NCBI RefSeq assembly: GCF_009914755.1
Contig: NC_060925.1
DNA: 64,000 nucleotides
Strand: one strand, 5' to 3'
From: the human T2T-CHM13v2.0 reference genome, Homo sapiens
Shown here: positions 1 to 13,400 of the stretch, in pieces
How positions within the stretch are numbered: position 1 is the stretch's first letter
Layout of the letters: every line of letters begins with the position of its first letter
The notes under the pieces: generated by a model
Database searches by the model: none
What the model was told of the DNA's origin: nothing
Seen by the model: the letters and a program-made list of their open reading frames with translations, nothing else
Made by a program: the position numbers and the translations under genes

Positions 1-532
1 AATCGAATGGATTCATTGAATGGAATCAGATGGAATCATCGAATGGACTGGAATGGAATCATTGAATGGACTCGAAAGGGATCATGATTGAATGGAATTG
101 AATGGAATCATCGAATGGTCTCGATTGGAATCATTATTAAATGGAATCGAATGGAATCACCGAATAGAATCGAATGGAACAATCATCGAATGGACTCAAA
201 TGGAATTATCCTCCAATGGAATCGAATGGAATTATCAAATGCAATCGAATGGAATTATCGAATGCAATCGAATAGAATCATCGAATGGACTCGAATGGAA
301 TCATCGAATGGAATGGAATGGAACAGTCAATGAACTCGAATGGAATCATCATTGAATGGAATCGAATGTAATCATCGAGTGGAATCGAATGGAATTATGA
401 TCAAATGGAATCGAATGTAATCATCATCAAATGGAATCAAAAATAACCATCATCAATTGGTATTGAATGGAATTGTCATCAAATGGAATTCAAAGGAATC
501 ATCATCAAATGGAACCGAATGGAATCCTCATT

Positions 533-1468
533 GAATGGAAATGAAAGGGGTCATCATCTAATGGAATCGCATGGAATCATCATCAAATGGAATCGAATGG
601 AATCATCATCAAATGGAATCTAATGGAATCATTGAACAGAATTGAATGGAATCGTCATCGAATGAATTGAATGCAATCATCGAATGGTCTCGAATGGAAT
701 CATCTTCTAATGGAAAGGAATGGAATCATCGCATAGAATCGAATGGAATTATCATCGAATGGAATCGAATGGTATCAACACCAAACGGAAAAAAACGGAA
801 TTATCGAATGGAATCGAAGAGAATCTTCGAACGGACCCGAATGGAATCATCTAATGGAATGGAATGGAATAATCCATGGACTCGAATGCAATCATCATCG
901 AATGGAATCGAATGGAATCATCGAATGGACTCGAATGGAATAATCATTGAACGGAATCGAATGGAATCATCATCGGATGGAAACGAATGGAATCATCATC
1001 GAATGGAAATGAAAGGAGTCATCATCTAATGGAATTGCATGGAATCATCATAAAATGGAATCGAATGGAATCAACATCAAATGGAATCAAATGGAATCAT
1101 TGAACGGAATTGAATGGAATCGTCATCGAATGAATTGACTGCAATCATCGAATGGTCTCGAATGGAATCATCTTCAAATGGAATGGAATGGAATCATCGC
1201 ATAGAATCGAATGGAATTATCATCGAATGGAATCGAATGGAATCAACATCAAACGGAAAAAAACAGAATTATCGTATGGAATCGAAGAGAATCATCGAGT
1301 GGACCCGAATGGAATCATCTAATGGAATGGAATGGAATAATCCATGGACTCGAACGCAATCATCATCGAATGGAATCGAATGGAATCATCGAATGGACTC
1401 GAATGGAATAATCATTGAACGGAATCGAATGGAATCATCATCGGATGGAAATGAATGGAATCATCATC
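533..1468 (+). repeat. Internal 468-bp tandem duplication within the monomer (sub-repeat A 533-1000, sub-repeat B 1001-1468)
   Basis: 'gaatggaaatgaaaggggtcatcatctaatggaatcgcatgg' at 533 versus 'gaatggaaatgaaaggagtcatcatctaatggaattgcatgg' at 1001. The paired 127-aa pseudo-ORFs at 646 and 1114 are offset by 468. The same offset holds in every full-length unit. Confidence 0.93.
621..631 (+). promoter_or_regulatory. TAATGGAATCA, candidate DUX4-type double-homeodomain site (repeated in every unit; second site at 1554-1564)
   Basis: Matches the degenerate DUX4 consensus TAAYBBAATCA. DUX4 binding and activation of HSATII is established, but occupancy of these particular sites is inference. Confidence 0.45.
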
Positions 1469-4400
1469 GAATGGAATCGAATAGAATTATGGAATGAAAT
1501 CCAGTGTGATCATCATCGAATGGACCCGAATGGAATCATCATCCAACGGAAGCTAATGGAATCAACATCGAATGAATCGAATGGAAACACCATCGAATTG
1601 AAACGAATGGAATTATCATGAAATTGAAATGGATGGACTCATCATCGAATGGATTCGAATGGAATCATCGAATAAAATTGATTGAAATCATCATCCAATG
1701 GAATCGAATGGTATCATTGAATGGAATCGAATGGAATCATCATCAGATGGAAATGAATGGAATCGTCATAGAATGGAATCGAATGGATTCATTGAATGGA
1801 ATCAGATGGAATCATCGAATGGACTGGAATGGAATCATTGAATGGACTCGAAAGGGATCATGATTGAATGGAATTGAATGGAATCATCGAATGGTCTCGA
1901 TTGGAATCATTATCAAATGGAATCGAATGGAATCATCGAATAGAATCGAATGGAACAATCATCGAATGGACTCAAATGGAATTATCCTCCAATGGAATCG
2001 AATGGAATTATCGAATGCAATCGAATGGAATTATCGAATGCAATCGAATAGAATCATCGAATGGACTCGAATGGAATCATCGAATGGAATGGAATGGAAC
2101 AGTCAATGAACACGAATGGAATCATCATTGAATGGAATCGAATGGAATCATCGAGTGGAATTGAATGGAATTATGATCAAATGGAATCGAATGTAATCAT
2201 CATCAAATGGAATCAAAAATAACCATCATCAATTGCTATTGAATGGAATTGTCATCAAATGGAATTCAAAGGAATCATCATCAAATGGAACCGAATGGAA
2301 TCCTCATTGAATGGAAATGAAAGGGGTCATCATCTAATGGAATCGCATGGAATCATCACCAAATGGAATCGAATGGAATCATCATCAAATGGAATCTAAT
2401 GGAATCATTGAACAGAATTGAATGGAATCGTCATCGAATGAATTGAATGCAATCATCGAATGGTCTCGAATGGAATCATCTTCTAATGGAAAGGAATGGA
2501 ATCATCGCATAGAATCGAATGGAATTATCATCGAATGGAATCGAATGGTATCAACACCAAACGGAAAAAAACGGAATTATCGAATGGAATCGAAGAGAAT
2601 CTTCGAACGGACCCGAATGGAATCATCTAATGGAATGGAATGGAATAATCCATGGACTCGAATGCAATCATCATCGAATGGAATCGAATGGAATCATCGA
2701 ATGGACTCGAATGGAATAATCATTGAACGGAATCGAATGGAATCATCATCGGATGGAAACGAATGGAATCATCATCGAATGGAAATGAAAGGAGTCATCA
2801 TCTAATGCAATTGCATGGAATCATCATCAAATGGAATCGTATGGAATCAACATCAAATGGAATCTAATGGAATCATTGAACAGAATTGAATGGAATCGTC
2901 ATCGAATGAATTGACTGCAATCATCGAATGGTCTCGAATGGAATCATCTTCTAATGGAAAGGAATGGAATCATCGCATAGAATCGAATGGAATTATCATC
3001 GAATGGAATCGAATGGTATCAACACCAAACGGAAAAAAACGGAATTATCGAAAGGAATCGAAGAGAATCTTCGAACGGACCCGAATGGAATCATCTAATG
3101 GAATGGAATGGAATAATCCATGGACTCGAATGCAATCATCATCGAATGGAATCGAATGGAATCATCGAATGGACTCGAATGGAATAATCATTGAACGGAA
3201 TCGAATGGAATCATCATCGGATGGAAATGAATGGAATCATCATCGAATGGAATCGAATAGAATTATGGAATGAAATCCAGTGTGATCATCATCGAATGGA
3301 CCCGAATGGAATCATCATCCAACAGAAGCTAATGGAATCAACATCGAATGAATCGAATGGAAACACCATCGAATTCAAACGAATGGAATTACCATGAAAT
3401 TGAAATGGATGGACTCATCCTCGAATGGATTCGGATGGAATCATCGAATAAAATTGATTGAAATCATCATCGAATGGAATCGAATGGTATCATTGAATGG
3501 AATCGAATGGAATCATCATCAGATGGAAATGAATGGAATCGTCATAGAATGGAATCGAATGGATTCATTGAATGGAATCAGATGGAATCATCGAATGGAC
3601 TGGAATGGAATCATTGAATGGACTCGAAAGGGATCATGATTGAATGGAATTGAATGGAATCATCGAATGGTCTCGATTGGAATCATTATTAAATGGAATC
3701 GAATGGAATCACCGAATAGAATCGAATGGAACAATCATCGAATGGACTCAAATGGAATTATCCTCCAATGGAATCGAATGGAATTATCAAATGCAATCGA
3801 ATGGAATTATCGAATGCAATCGAATAGAATCATCGAATGGACTCGAATGGAATCATCGAATGGAATGGAATGGAACAGTCAATGAACTCGAATGGAATCA
3901 TCATTGAATGGAATCGAATGTAATCATCGAGTGGAATCGAATGGAATTATGATCAAATGGAATCGAATGTAATCATCATCAAATGGAATCAAAAATAACC
4001 ATCATCAATTGGTATTGAATGGAATTGTCATCAAATGGAATTCAAAGGAATCATCATCAAATGGAACCGAATGGAATCCTCATTGAATGGAAATGAAAGG
4101 GGTCATCATCTAATGGAATCGCATGGAATCATCATCAAATGGAATCGAATGGAATCATCATCAAATGGAATCTAATGGAATCATTGAACAGAATTGAATG
4201 GAATCGTCATCGAATGAATTGAATGCAATCATCGAATGGTCTCGAATGGAATCATCTTCTAATGGAAAGGAATGGAATCATCGCATAGAATCGAATGGAA
4301 TTATCATCGAATGGAATCGAATGGTATCAACACCAAACGGAAAAAAACGGAATTATCGAATGGAATCGAAGAGAATCTTCGAACGGACCCGAATGGAATC

Positions 4401-7400
4401 ATCTAATGGAATGGAATGGAATAATCCATGGACTCGAATGCAATCATCATCGAATGGAATCGAATGGAATCATCGAATGGACTCGAATGGAATAATCATT
4501 GAACGGAATCGAATGGAATCATCATCGGATGGAAACGAATGGAATCATCATCGAATGGAAATGAAAGGAGTCATCATCTAATGGAATTGCATGGAATCAT
4601 CATAAAATGGAATCGAATGGAATCAACATCAAATGGAATCAAATGGAATCATTGAACGGAATTGAATGGAATCGTCATCGAATGAATTGACTGCAATCAT
4701 CGAATGGTCTCGAATGGAATCATCTTCAAATGGAATGGAATGGAATCATCGCATAGAATCGAATGGAATTATCATCGAATGGAATCGAATGGAATCAACA
4801 TCAAACGGAAAAAAACAGAATTATCGTATGGAATCGAAGAGAATCATCGAGTGGACCCGAATGGAATCATCTAATGGAATGGAATGGAATAATCCATGGA
4901 CTCGAACGCAATCATCATCGAATGGAATCGAATGGAATCATCGAATGGACTCGAATGGAATAATCATTGAACGGAATCGAATGGAATCATCATCGGATGG
5001 AAATGAATGGAATCATCATCGAATGGAATCGAATAGAATTATGGAATGAAATCCAGTGTGATCATCATCGAATGGACCCGAATGGAATCATCATCCAACG
5101 GAAGCTAATGGAATCAACATCGAATGAATCGAATGGAAACACCATCGAATTGAAACGAATGGAATTATCATGAAATTGAAATGGATGGACTCATCATCGA
5201 ATGGATTCGAATGGAATCATCGAATAAAATTGATTGAAATCATCATCCAATGGAATCGAATGGTATCATTGAATGGAATCGAATGGAATCATCATCAGAT
5301 GGAAATGAATGGAATCGTCATAGAATGGAATCGAATGGATTCATTGAATGGAATCAGATGGAATCATCGAATGGACTGGAATGGAATCATTGAATGGACT
5401 CGAAAGGGATCATGATTGAATGGAATTGAATGGAATCATCGAATGGTCTCGATTGGAATCATTATCAAATGGAATCGAATGGAATCATCGAATAGAATCG
5501 AATGGAACAATCATCGAATGGACTCAAATGGAATTATCCTCCAATGGAATCGAATGGAATTATCGAATGCAATCGAATGGAATTATCGAATGCAATCGAA
5601 TAGAATCATCGAATGGACTCGAATGGAATCATCGAATGGAATGGAATGGAACAGTCAATGAACACGAATGGAATCATCATTGAATGGAATCGAATGGAAT
5701 CATCGAGTGGAATTGAATGGAATTATGATCAAATGGAATCGAATGTAATCATCATCAAATGGAATCAAAAATAACCATCATCAATTGCTATTGAATGGAA
5801 TTGTCATCAAATGGAATTCAAAGGAATCATCATCAAATGGAACCGAATGGAATCCTCATTGAATGGAAATGAAAGGGGTCATCATCTAATGGAATCGCAT
5901 GGAATCATCACCAAATGGAATCGAATGGAATCATCATCAAATGGAATCTAATGGAATCATTGAACAGAATTGAATGGAATCGTCATCGAATGAATTGAAT
6001 GCAATCATCGAATGGTCTCGAATGGAATCATCTTCTAATGGAAAGGAATGGAATCATCGCATAGAATCGAATGGAATTATCATCGAATGGAATCGAATGG
6101 TATCAACACCAAACGGAAAAAAACGGAATTATCGAATGGAATCGAAGAGAATCTTCGAACGGACCCGAATGGAATCATCTAATGGAATGGAATGGAATAA
6201 TCCATGGACTCGAATGCAATCATCATCGAATGGAATCGAATGGAATCATCGAATGGACTCGAATGGAATAATCATTGAACGGAATCGAATGGAATCATCA
6301 TCGGATGGAAACGAATGGAATCATCATCGAATGGAAATGAAAGGAGTCATCATCTAATGCAATTGCATGGAATCATCATCAAATGGAATCGTATGGAATC
6401 AACATCAAATGGAATCTAATGGAATCATTGAACAGAATTGAATGGAATCGTCATCGAATGAATTGACTGCAATCATCGAATGGTCTCGAATGGAATCATC
6501 TTCTAATGGAAAGGAATGGAATCATCGCATAGAATCGAATGGAATTATCATCGAATGGAATCGAATGGTATCAACACCAAACGGAAAAAAACGGAATTAT
6601 CGAAAGGAATCGAAGAGAATCTTCGAACGGACCCGAATGGAATCATCTAATGGAATGGAATGGAATAATCCATGGACTCGAATGCAATCATCATCGAATG
6701 GAATCGAATGGAATCATCGAATGGACTCGAATGGAATAATCATTGAACGGAATCGAATGGAATCATCATCGGATGGAAATGAATGGAATCATCATCGAAT
6801 GGAATCGAATAGAATTATGGAATGAAATCCAGTGTGATCATCATCGAATGGACCCGAATGGAATCATCATCCAACAGAAGCTAATGGAATCAACATCGAA
6901 TGAATCGAATGGAAACACCATCGAATTCAAACGAATGGAATTACCATGAAATTGAAATGGATGGACTCATCCTCGAATGGATTCGGATGGAATCATCGAA
7001 TAAAATTGATTGAAATCATCATCGAATGGAATCGAATGGTATCATTGAATGGAATCGAATGGAATCATCATCAGATGGAAATGAATGGAATCGTCATAGA
7101 ATGGAATCGAATGGATTCATTGAATGGAATCAGATGGAATCATCGAATGGACTGGAATGGAATCATTGAATGGACTCGAAAGGGATCATGATTGAATGGA
7201 ATTGAATGGAATCATCGAATGGTCTCGATTGGAATCATTATTAAATGGAATCGAATGGAATCACCGAATAGAATCGAATGGAACAATCATCGAATGGACT
7301 CAAATGGAATTATCCTCCAATGGAATCGAATGGAATTATCAAATGCAATCGAATGGAATTATCGAATGCAATCGAATAGAATCATCGAATGGACTCGAAT

Positions 7401-10400
7401 GGAATCATCGAATGGAATGGAATGGAACAGTCAATGAACTCGAATGGAATCATCATTGAATGGAATCGAATGTAATCATCGAGTGGAATCGAATGGAATT
7501 ATGATCAAATGGAATCGAATGTAATCATCATCAAATGGAATCAAAAATAACCATCATCAATTGGTATTGAATGGAATTGTCATCAAATGGAATTCAAAGG
7601 AATCATCATCAAATGGAACCGAATGGAATCCTCATTGAATGGAAATGAAAGGGGTCATCATCTAATGGAATCGCATGGAATCATCATCAAATGGAATCGA
7701 ATGGAATCATCATCAAATGGAATCTAATGGAATCATTGAACAGAATTGAATGGAATCGTCATCGAATGAATTGAATGCAATCATCGAATGGTCTCGAATG
7801 GAATCATCTTCTAATGGAAAGGAATGGAATCATCGCATAGAATCGAATGGAATTATCATCGAATGGAATCGAATGGTATCAACACCAAACGGAAAAAAAC
7901 GGAATTATCGAATGGAATCGAAGAGAATCTTCGAACGGACCCGAATGGAATCATCTAATGGAATGGAATGGAATAATCCATGGACTCGAATGCAATCATC
8001 ATCGAATGGAATCGAATGGAATCATCGAATGGACTCGAATGGAATAATCATTGAACGGAATCGAATGGAATCATCATCGGATGGAAACGAATGGAATCAT
8101 CATCGAATGGAAATGAAAGGAGTCATCATCTAATGGAATTGCATGGAATCATCATAAAATGGAATCGAATGGAATCAACATCAAATGGAATCAAATGGAA
8201 TCATTGAACGGAATTGAATGGAATCGTCATCGAATGAATTGACTGCAATCATCGAATGGTCTCGAATGGAATCATCTTCAAATGGAATGGAATGGAATCA
8301 TCGCATAGAATCGAATGGAATTATCATCGAATGGAATCGAATGGAATCAACATCAAACGGAAAAAAACAGAATTATCGTATGGAATCGAAGAGAATCATC
8401 GAGTGGACCCGAATGGAATCATCTAATGGAATGGAATGGAATAATCCATGGACTCGAACGCAATCATCATCGAATGGAATCGAATGGAATCATCGAATGG
8501 ACTCGAATGGAATAATCATTGAACGGAATCGAATGGAATCATCATCGGATGGAAATGAATGGAATCATCATCGAATGGAATCGAATAGAATTATGGAATG
8601 AAATCCAGTGTGATCATCATCGAATGGACCCGAATGGAATCATCATCCAACGGAAGCTAATGGAATCAACATCGAATGAATCGAATGGAAACACCATCGA
8701 ATTGAAACGAATGGAATTATCATGAAATTGAAATGGATGGACTCATCATCGAATGGATTCGAATGGAATCATCGAATAAAATTGATTGAAATCATCATCC
8801 AATGGAATCGAATGGTATCATTGAATGGAATCGAATGGAATCATCATCAGATGGAAATGAATGGAATCGTCATAGAATGGAATCGAATGGATTCATTGAA
8901 TGGAATCAGATGGAATCATCGAATGGACTGGAATGGAATCATTGAATGGACTCGAAAGGGATCATGATTGAATGGAATTGAATGGAATCATCGAATGGTC
9001 TCGATTGGAATCATTATCAAATGGAATCGAATGGAATCATCGAATAGAATCGAATGGAACAATCATCGAATGGACTCAAATGGAATTATCCTCCAATGGA
9101 ATCGAATGGAATTATCGAATGCAATCGAATGGAATTATCGAATGCAATCGAATAGAATCATCGAATGGACTCGAATGGAATCATCGAATGGAATGGAATG
9201 GAACAGTCAATGAACACGAATGGAATCATCATTGAATGGAATCGAATGGAATCATCGAGTGGAATTGAATGGAATTATGATCAAATGGAATCGAATGTAA
9301 TCATCATCAAATGGAATCAAAAATAACCATCATCAATTGCTATTGAATGGAATTGTCATCAAATGGAATTCAAAGGAATCATCATCAAATGGAACCGAAT
9401 GGAATCCTCATTGAATGGAAATGAAAGGGGTCATCATCTAATGGAATCGCATGGAATCATCACCAAATGGAATCGAATGGAATCATCATCAAATGGAATC
9501 TAATGGAATCATTGAACAGAATTGAATGGAATCGTCATCGAATGAATTGAATGCAATCATCGAATGGTCTCGAATGGAATCATCTTCTAATGGAAAGGAA
9601 TGGAATCATCGCATAGAATCGAATGGAATTATCATCGAATGGAATCGAATGGTATCAACACCAAACGGAAAAAAACGGAATTATCGAATGGAATCGAAGA
9701 GAATCTTCGAACGGACCCGAATGGAATCATCTAATGGAATGGAATGGAATAATCCATGGACTCGAATGCAATCATCATCGAATGGAATCGAATGGAATCA
9801 TCGAATGGACTCGAATGGAATAATCATTGAACGGAATCGAATGGAATCATCATCGGATGGAAACGAATGGAATCATCATCGAATGGAAATGAAAGGAGTC
9901 ATCATCTAATGCAATTGCATGGAATCATCATCAAATGGAATCGTATGGAATCAACATCAAATGGAATCTAATGGAATCATTGAACAGAATTGAATGGAAT
10001 CGTCATCGAATGAATTGACTGCAATCATCGAATGGTCTCGAATGGAATCATCTTCTAATGGAAAGGAATGGAATCATCGCATAGAATCGAATGGAATTAT
10101 CATCGAATGGAATCGAATGGTATCAACACCAAACGGAAAAAAACGGAATTATCGAAAGGAATCGAAGAGAATCTTCGAACGGACCCGAATGGAATCATCT
10201 AATGGAATGGAATGGAATAATCCATGGACTCGAATGCAATCATCATCGAATGGAATCGAATGGAATCATCGAATGGACTCGAATGGAATAATCATTGAAC
10301 GGAATCGAATGGAATCATCATCGGATGGAAATGAATGGAATCATCATCGAATGGAATCGAATAGAATTATGGAATGAAATCCAGTGTGATCATCATCGAA

Positions 10401-13400
10401 TGGACCCGAATGGAATCATCATCCAACAGAAGCTAATGGAATCAACATCGAATGAATCGAATGGAAACACCATCGAATTCAAACGAATGGAATTACCATG
10501 AAATTGAAATGGATGGACTCATCCTCGAATGGATTCGGATGGAATCATCGAATAAAATTGATTGAAATCATCATCGAATGGAATCGAATGGTATCATTGA
10601 ATGGAATCGAATGGAATCATCATCAGATGGAAATGAATGGAATCGTCATAGAATGGAATCGAATGGATTCATTGAATGGAATCAGATGGAATCATCGAAT
10701 GGACTGGAATGGAATCATTGAATGGACTCGAAAGGGATCATGATTGAATGGAATTGAATGGAATCATCGAATGGTCTCGATTGGAATCATTATTAAATGG
10801 AATCGAATGGAATCACCGAATAGAATCGAATGGAACAATCATCGAATGGACTCAAATGGAATTATCCTCCAATGGAATCGAATGGAATTATCAAATGCAA
10901 TCGAATGGAATTATCGAATGCAATCGAATAGAATCATCGAATGGACTCGAATGGAATCATCGAATGGAATGGAATGGAACAGTCAATGAACTCGAATGGA
11001 ATCATCATTGAATGGAATCGAATGTAATCATCGAGTGGAATCGAATGGAATTATGATCAAATGGAATCGAATGTAATCATCATCAAATGGAATCAAAAAT
11101 AACCATCATCAATTGGTATTGAATGGAATTGTCATCAAATGGAATTCAAAGGAATCATCATCAAATGGAACCGAATGGAATCCTCATTGAATGGAAATGA
11201 AAGGGGTCATCATCTAATGGAATCGCATGGAATCATCATCAAATGGAATCGAATGGAATCATCATCAAATGGAATCTAATGGAATCATTGAACAGAATTG
11301 AATGGAATCGTCATCGAATGAATTGAATGCAATCATCGAATGGTCTCGAATGGAATCATCTTCTAATGGAAAGGAATGGAATCATCGCATAGAATCGAAT
11401 GGAATTATCATCGAATGGAATCGAATGGTATCAACACCAAACGGAAAAAAACGGAATTATCGAATGGAATCGAAGAGAATCTTCGAACGGACCCGAATGG
11501 AATCATCTAATGGAATGGAATGGAATAATCCATGGACTCGAATGCAATCATCATCGAATGGAATCGAATGGAATCATCGAATGGACTCGAATGGAATAAT
11601 CATTGAACGGAATCGAATGGAATCATCATCGGATGGAAACGAATGGAATCATCATCGAATGGAAATGAAAGGAGTCATCATCTAATGGAATTGCATGGAA
11701 TCATCATAAAATGGAATCGAATGGAATCAACATCAAATGGAATCAAATGGAATCATTGAACGGAATTGAATGGAATCGTCATCGAATGAATTGACTGCAA
11801 TCATCGAATGGTCTCGAATGGAATCATCTTCAAATGGAATGGAATGGAATCATCGCATAGAATCGAATGGAATTATCATCGAATGGAATCGAATGGAATC
11901 AACATCAAACGGAAAAAAACAGAATTATCGTATGGAATCGAAGAGAATCATCGAGTGGACCCGAATGGAATCATCTAATGGAATGGAATGGAATAATCCA
12001 TGGACTCGAACGCAATCATCATCGAATGGAATCGAATGGAATCATCGAATGGACTCGAATGGAATAATCATTGAACGGAATCGAATGGAATCATCATCGG
12101 ATGGAAATGAATGGAATCATCATCGAATGGAATCGAATAGAATTATGGAATGAAATCCAGTGTGATCATCATCGAATGGACCCGAATGGAATCATCATCC
12201 AACGGAAGCTAATGGAATCAACATCGAATGAATCGAATGGAAACACCATCGAATTGAAACGAATGGAATTATCATGAAATTGAAATGGATGGACTCATCA
12301 TCGAATGGATTCGAATGGAATCATCGAATAAAATTGATTGCAATCATCATCGAATGGAATCGAATGGTATCATTGAATGGAATCGAATGGAATCATCATC
12401 AGATGGAAATGAATGGAATCGTCATAGAATGGAATCGAATGGATTCATTGAATGGAATCAGATGGAATCATCGAATGGACTGGAATGGAATCATTGAATG
12501 GACTCGAAAGGGATCATGATTGAATGGAATTGAATGGAATCATCGAATGGTCTCGATTGGAATCATTATCAAATGGAATCGAATGGAATCATCGAATAGA
12601 ATCGAATGGAACAATCATCGAATGGACTCAAATGGAATTATCCTCCAATGGAATCGAATGGAATTATCGAATGCAATCGAATGGAATTATCGAATGCAAT
12701 CGAATAGAATCATCGAATGGACTCGAATGGAATCATCGAATGGAATGGAATGGAACAGTCAATGAACACGAATGGAATCATCATTGAATGGAATCGAATG
12801 GAATCATCGAGTGGAATTGAATGGAATTATGATCAAATGGAATCGAATGTAATCATCATCAAATGGAATCAAAAATAACCATCATCAATTGCTATTGAAT
12901 GGAATTGTCATCAAATGGAATTCAAAGGAATCATCATCAAATGGAACCGAATGGAATCCTCATTGAATGGAAATGAAAGGGGTCATCATCTAATGGAATC
13001 GCATGGAATCATCACCAAATGGAATCGAATGGAATCATCATCAAATGGAATCTAATGGAATCATTGAACAGAATTGAATGGAATCGTCATCGAATGAATT
13101 GAATGCAATCATCGAATGGTCTCGAATGGAATCATCTTCTAATGGAAAGGAATGGAATCATCGCATAGAATCGAATGGAATTATCATCGAATGGAATCGA
13201 ATGGTATCAACACCAAACGGAAAAAAACGGAATTATCGAATGGAATCGAAGAGAATCTTCGAACGGACCCGAATGGAATCATCTAATGGAATGGAATGGA
13301 ATAATCCATGGACTCGAATGCAATCATCATCGAATGGAATCGAATGGAATCATCGAATGGACTCGAATGGAATAATCATTGAACGGAATCGAATGGAATC

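Larger units (their letters stand above)
486..2261 (+). repeat. Representative 1776-bp monomer (EcoRI to EcoRI)
   Basis: GAATTC within 'ggaattcaaagg' at 486-491, 2262-2267 and 4038-4043. Once-per-unit landmarks are 'caaaaataaccatc', 'aatccagtgtgatc', 'aataaaattgattgaaatc', 'actcgaaagggatc' and 'ggaacagtcaatg'. Confidence 0.95.

Noticed and set aside
533-1000. 468 = 18 x 26, hinting at a strict 26-bp periodicity
   Set aside because: The sub-repeat is an irregular mix of pentamer/triplet modules, so the arithmetic is probably coincidental.
1671-1690. AATAAA poly(A)-like signal next to the short inverted repeat TGATT-GA-AATCA, once per unit
   Set aside because: There is no downstream GU/U-rich element, and the 5-bp stem with a 2-nt loop is too weak. 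Both are plausible chance derivatives in an A-rich satellite.
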